From Pseudoalteromonas tetraodonis (lineage in GTDB: Bacteria; Pseudomonadota; Gammaproteobacteria; Enterobacterales; Alteromonadaceae), in assembly GCF_002310835.1 (NCBI RefSeq), contig NZ_CP011042.1, positions 240,001 through 272,000 of the forward strand: 32,000 nucleotides of DNA, written 5' to 3'. Under the pieces are notes generated by a model. The model worked only from the letters and a program-made list of their open reading frames with translations, searched no databases and was not told where the DNA came from. The number at the start of each line of letters is the position of its first letter. The first letter of the stretch is position 1. Both the position numbers and the translations under genes were made by a program. Below are positions 27,667-32,000 of the stretch, in pieces.

Positions 27667-28652
27667 TCCAGCATATTATTTCTCAAGCGTCACAAGTTGA
27701 TTTTTATAAAGCTGTTTTCATTATTGAAAACCAGCTGAAAAAGCATGGCTTAGAGTATCGCTATGTAGGGTATGACAGTAGCCCAAAGCAAGAGTTAATT
27801 AAATTTACCGCAACACAAAAATTTGGTTACCCAGGTAACGCTATCACAAAATTAGAGCAAGCTAGCTTTGAAGATGGGTTGCATAAAGTCAACATGCAGA
27901 TCTCTTTTATGGGATTAACGGGTTGCTCAGGTGCTTTACCCCAATTTTACAGCGAGCTGGTGATGCAGCGTCTTCGCTATAAAGATACCACCATGCGTGA
28001 CTTTTACGACATGTTTAATCATCGTTTGGTGTCTTTATATTATCGAGCGTGGAAAAAATATAAGCCGTCTTTAAATCATGTGAACAAAGATAAAAACAAA
28101 GACCCATATACACAAATATTGGGACTTTTAAGTGGCGGCTATAATGATCATCAGCTGCATTTTTCTGGCTTGTATAGCCGAAAAATTCGCAACGCTTTTG
28201 ATTTAAAAAGTGTATTGAGCTCTTACCTTGGTTGTGATGTTGTCATCAAACAAATGGTAGGAAAGTGGCATGATTTGAAGCCACAAGAACAAACCTGTTT
28301 AGCAAGTGAGCGCCTATACGAGGGACAACATGCTCGCTTAGGCGTTGATACCGTAATAGGTAAAAAGATATGGGATATTTCTTCTAATATTGAGATTCAT
28401 ATCAGCACTACTGATATTGATAAAGCAAAATCCTTGTTACCGAAAGGCAAGTTATTTGAGTTAGCTACCAAAATTGTAAAAGATTATGCGGGCAATGCGA
28501 TTTCATTTCGACTTATCATCGAATCAGATTTTCAACAACTTGATGCGGTGCAGTTGTCTAAACGGGAATGCCAACTTGGCGCTAATAGCTTTTTAATGGC
28601 GAGTAAAAACACCCCTAAATTTAACCCTATTAAGTTATCGTTTAAAGGATAA
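27663..28652 (+). CDS. tssG: T6SS baseplate subunit TssG
   Basis: About 329 aa from ATG 27663 (ATGA overlap with the tssF stop). FYKAVFIIEN...FMGLTGCSGALPQFYSE...FYDMFNHRLVSLYYRAWKKY typical of TssG. The ORF-track start 27630 lies inside tssF. Confidence 0.9.
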   Translation: MIQHIISQASQVDFYKAVFIIENQLKKHGLEYRYVGYDSSPKQELIKFTATQKFGYPGNAITKLEQASFEDGLHKVNMQISFMGLTGCSGALPQFYSELVMQRLRYKDTTMRDFYDMFNHRLVSLYYRAWKKYKPSLNHVNKDKNKDPYTQILGLLSGGYNDHQLHFSGLYSRKIRNAFDLKSVLSSYLGCDVVIKQMVGKWHDLKPQEQTCLASERLYEGQHARLGVDTVIGKKIWDISSNIEIHISTTDIDKAKSLLPKGKLFELATKIVKDYAGNAISFRLIIESDFQQLDAVQLSKRECQLGANSFLMASKNTPKFNPIKLSFKG

Positions 28653-28675
28653 TTAAAAATTAAAAGGAACAGCGT

Positions 28676-31294
28676 ATGTCAACGATGACATTAAATAAAT
28701 TAGTTGAAAAACTAAGTCCAGATTGTAGAAAAAGCTTAGAGGCAGCTGTTGCAATATGTAATAGCCGCAGCCATTTTACGGTTGAATTAGAGCATTGGTT
28801 GTTAGCCATGATTGAGCAGCAACTAGACGATGTTAGACTCATATTCGGTTCTTTCGATATTGATATTGATCAGGTGAAGCAAGATTTAAACCAATCACTA
28901 GAGTCATTTAAAACGGGCAGTGATTCATCGCCTAGCCTATCAGTGCATGTGACTACATTATTAAGGCAGTCATGGTTAAGTACCAGTATAGAATTCACCG
29001 ATGAGCAAATTCGCAGTGCTTATGTTATTTATACGCTAACAAAAGACGATACGCTTTCAAGTTTAGTAACGCGCTGTAGCAAATTGTTTAATAACATAGA
29101 GCCAGGCCAACTGTTACATGCATGGCCTGAAATTGTTGCACAATCGCAAGAGCGAAATACCGCCAATGTAACTGCTGCAACACCTGCAAATGGTTCATCT
29201 AAAACACCGAGTTTAGATCAATTTACAGTTGATTTAACCGCTCAAGCAAAAGCGGGGAAAATAGACCCTATTCTAGGTCGTGATTTTGAAATACGTCAAA
29301 TGGTTGATATTTTAACTAGACGTCGTCAAAACAACCCAATCTTGACGGGTGAAGCGGGTGTAGGTAAAACCGCTGTGGTTGAAGGACTTGCCCTAAGAAT
29401 TGCCCAAAAAGACGTACCTGCAGTATTACAAAACGTTAAGTTGCACAGCCTAGATTTGGCTTTGCTTCAAGCAGGTGCGGGCATGAAAGGTGAGTTTGAA
29501 AATCGCTTAAAGTCGTTAATTAACGAAGTTAAAAACGCTGTTGACCCTGTGATTCTTTTTATAGATGAAGCTCACACTATGATTGGTAGTGGCGGACAAG
29601 CGGGTCAAAACGATGCGGCTAACTTACTAAAACCTGCTTTAGCAAGAGGGGAATTACGTACTATTGCAGCAACAACGTGGGCTGAATATAAAAAGTTTTT
29701 TGAAAAGGATGCTGCACTAACACGTCGTTTCCAAGTGGTAAAGGTTGAAGAGCCAACGCCAGAAAAAGCGGTTGCTATGCTACGTGGTTTAGTTCCTGTT
29801 ATGGAAAAGCATCATAAAGTTTTTATTTCAGAGCAAGCACTTGAAAGTGCGGTGCATCTATCGCACAGATACATTACTGCCAGGCAACTTCCCGATAAAG
29901 CAGTTGCATTGTTAGATACGGCCTGTGCTCGTGTTGCTATGAGCCAAGCATCGACACCTAATGCGATTGAGCAGTTAATGAATAGACTTAGTGAAATTGA
30001 AGCGCAAGTTTTAATGTTAAATCGTGAGCAAAAAACCGGTTTAGATCATAGCGAACAATTATCAGCACTTAAATCTGAACTAGTTGAGATTGAACAGCAA
30101 CTTGAACCATTAAATGAGCAGTTCAACGTTGAAAAAGGCATCGTTGCAGAATTAAACCAAGCGCTTGAATCGATTAACACCAACGATGCAGACTCTTCTG
30201 CTGAAGTACTTGAGCAGTTAAAAGAAAGTAAGCTTAAGCTAGCCTCGTACGAACATAACATGGTGCATTGGCAAGTTGATGAAGAGCTGATTGCACAGGT
30301 TATTTCTGATTGGACTGGTATTCCTGTTGGTAAAATGCATGAAGATGAAATTCATGGCATTTTAAATTTAGCTGCGCAAATGAAACAACGCGTAGTTGGC
30401 CAAGATCATGCGCTTGAACTCATGGCTAAAGTAGTACAAACCTCTCGTGCTCAGCTTGCAGATGAAAGTCGCCCTAATGGTATATTTATGCTGGCAGGCC
30501 CAAGCGGAGTGGGTAAAACAGAGACCGCGCTTTCACTAGCACAAGAAGTATATGGCAGTGAAGATAACGTAACAGTTATTAATATGTCTGAGTTTAAAGA
30601 AGAGCATAAAGTGTCATTACTACTTGGCTCACCTCCAGGTTATGTTGGTTATGGCGAAGGCGGTATTTTAACCGAAGCAGTAAGAAGAAAACCATATAGT
30701 GTGGTGCTGCTAGATGAAATGGAAAAAGCCCATCCAGGCGTGCAAGATATTTTCTATCAAGTATTCGATAAAGGCACCATAAAAGACGGTGAAGGCCGAG
30801 ATATCGACTTTAAAAATACCATCATTATTATGACCTCAAATGTGGGTACTGATACCACAATGAGCTTATTTGAAGATGAAGAAAGTAAGCCAAGTATTAA
30901 AGGCTTATTAAAAGCATTACAAGATGATTTATTAGGGGCATTTAAGCCTGCATTTTTAGGACGAATTAACGTTATTCCATATATTCCGTTAAGTGATGAA
31001 ATTCTTACCCAGATTGCTGCGTTGCAAATTAGTAAAATAATTAAGCGTGTTAAAAAGCACTATGATGCGCAATTAACGTATAACGATGATGTGATTGAGC
31101 ACATTATTGCAAATTGTCAAAATGCCGGATCGGGTGCACGAAATATTCACACCATATTACAGAATAAAGTACTACCTCTATTGTCTGAGATCTTGCTTTC
31201 AAGCATGGTTGAAGGTGAAAAAGTAACATCTATCTCATTGTTAATTAAAGATAATGAGTTCGATGTTGAATTAACTAAAGTTAATTCAAAATAA
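28676..31294 (+). CDS. clpV: T6SS AAA+ ATPase ClpV (TssH)
   Basis: 872 aa. Clp N-domain, two AAA+ modules (Walker A GEAGVGKT / GPSGVGKT, Walker B ILFIDEAH / VVLLDEMEKAH). Confidence 0.95.
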   Translation: MSTMTLNKLVEKLSPDCRKSLEAAVAICNSRSHFTVELEHWLLAMIEQQLDDVRLIFGSFDIDIDQVKQDLNQSLESFKTGSDSSPSLSVHVTTLLRQSWLSTSIEFTDEQIRSAYVIYTLTKDDTLSSLVTRCSKLFNNIEPGQLLHAWPEIVAQSQERNTANVTAATPANGSSKTPSLDQFTVDLTAQAKAGKIDPILGRDFEIRQMVDILTRRRQNNPILTGEAGVGKTAVVEGLALRIAQKDVPAVLQNVKLHSLDLALLQAGAGMKGEFENRLKSLINEVKNAVDPVILFIDEAHTMIGSGGQAGQNDAANLLKPALARGELRTIAATTWAEYKKFFEKDAALTRRFQVVKVEEPTPEKAVAMLRGLVPVMEKHHKVFISEQALESAVHLSHRYITARQLPDKAVALLDTACARVAMSQASTPNAIEQLMNRLSEIEAQVLMLNREQKTGLDHSEQLSALKSELVEIEQQLEPLNEQFNVEKGIVAELNQALESINTNDADSSAEVLEQLKESKLKLASYEHNMVHWQVDEELIAQVISDWTGIPVGKMHEDEIHGILNLAAQMKQRVVGQDHALELMAKVVQTSRAQLADESRPNGIFMLAGPSGVGKTETALSLAQEVYGSEDNVTVINMSEFKEEHKVSLLLGSPPGYVGYGEGGILTEAVRRKPYSVVLLDEMEKAHPGVQDIFYQVFDKGTIKDGEGRDIDFKNTIIIMTSNVGTDTTMSLFEDEESKPSIKGLLKALQDDLLGAFKPAFLGRINVIPYIPLSDEILTQIAALQISKIIKRVKKHYDAQLTYNDDVIEHIIANCQNAGSGARNIHTILQNKVLPLLSEILLSSMVEGEKVTSISLLIKDNEFDVELTKVNSK

Positions 31295-31514
31295 CTTGTT
31301 TTTAAGGTTGTTTCTTTAGTTTTAGGGCATTATAATTCGTGTGTCTTATATAGAAACAAGGAATTTTTGAGACATTGTCTTCATCTAGGGAAAGGAATTC
31401 TGAAGACCTTTTCATTGCTGTTTTAAAGATAATGATTTCAAGGAATTTTGGGTAACCAAAGTAAACGAATCCACATAATGGATAATATTGTTTAATAAAA
31501 AGGAGCATTATCAA

Positions 31515-31994
31515 ATGCAAGCAAATACATATTTAAAATACGGTTCAATCAAAGGCGAAACTACTGCTGAGTCTTTCAAAGATTTAATTACAGTTTTATC
31601 TTTAGATTGGAACGTTAGCCGTGAAATTAGCGCAGCGACTGGTACGGCGATGGATCGTGAATCTAGCTCTACTCGTTTAGGCGATGTGACTATTACTAAA
31701 CTTCAAGATAAAGCATCTCCGGATCTTTTCAAAGAAGCAACTATTGGTAAAGGTCTACCTGCTGTTTTCCATATCACTAAACAAGGTGATAAAGTTGAAG
31801 AAATCATGAAAATCGAACTTACAGATGCCATGATCTCTAGCTACTCAGTATCAGTTCAAAACGACCGTCCAATTGAAACAATCACTATCAGCTACACTGA
31901 AATGATGATGACTGTTACACCTACTGACGACCAAAACAACATCACTGCACCACTTGTATATGGTTACAGCGGTGTTAAAGGTCAACAAATGTAA
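31515..31994 (+). CDS. hcp: T6SS inner tube protein Hcp (TssD)
   Basis: 159 aa from ATG 31515 with an AAGGAG RBS 9 nt upstream. YLKYGSIKGETT...LSLDWNVS N-terminus typical of Hcp1-type proteins. The TTG 31488 extension is unlikely. Confidence 0.9.
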   Translation: MQANTYLKYGSIKGETTAESFKDLITVLSLDWNVSREISAATGTAMDRESSSTRLGDVTITKLQDKASPDLFKEATIGKGLPAVFHITKQGDKVEEIMKIELTDAMISSYSVSVQNDRPIETITISYTEMMMTVTPTDDQNNITAPLVYGYSGVKGQQM

Positions 31995-32000
31995 TATTTG

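Noticed and set aside
31302-31520. 72-aa minus-strand ORF filling the clpV-hcp spacer
   Set aside because: It overlaps the hcp RBS and start codon, has no Shine-Dalgarno, and has the F/I/K/L-rich composition typical of translated AT-rich non-coding DNA. No family resemblance.
1-32000. Search by eye for CRISPR repeats, tRNA/rRNA genes, IS-element inverted repeats, integrase/transposase genes and phage genes
   Set aside because: I recognised none. All long ORFs are accounted for by the features listed, and no regularly spaced repeats of 25 bp or more were seen.

Overview
AT-rich window that looks gammaproteobacterial. The resemblance to marine Alteromonadales is inferred from codon and protein style only and was not searched. 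It has two parts. (1) Positions 1-7.8 kb hold ordinary accessory and housekeeping genes: an arsR-gapdh-arsJ arsenate-resistance operon, a dCache/HAMP methyl-accepting chemotaxis protein, a divergent TetR / AhpD-like (carboxymuconolactone decarboxylase family) pair with recognisable operator palindromes, a secreted hypothetical protein, a DUF1294 membrane protein and a PEGA-like lipoprotein. (2) Positions 7.9-32.0 kb hold a near-complete type VI secretion system (T6SS) cluster. A Hanks-type kinase gene (ppkA) is transcribed divergently. It is followed on the + strand by tagH(fha)-tssJ-tssK-tssL-tssM-tagF-pppA, a 203-bp gap, then tssA-tssB-tssC-tssC'-tagJ(impE)-tssE-tssF-tssG-clpV, a 220-bp gap and hcp. 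The window ends 6 nt after hcp, so vgrG, PAAR and effector genes are not visible. The layout combines the threonine-phosphorylation regulatory module (PpkA/PppA/Fha/TagF) with the Rhizobium/Agrobacterium imp-type hallmarks (two tandem TssC paralogues plus ImpE/TagJ). I see no convincingly new system. The points most worth follow-up are the duplicated sheath subunit, a non-RD (HND) PpkA with an unassignable periplasmic domain, a conserved Thr motif at the TssL N-terminus, and a lipoprotein just downstream of ppkA. I recognised no tRNA, rRNA, CRISPR array, IS element or prophage gene. All family calls rest on motif recognition by eye, with no database search.
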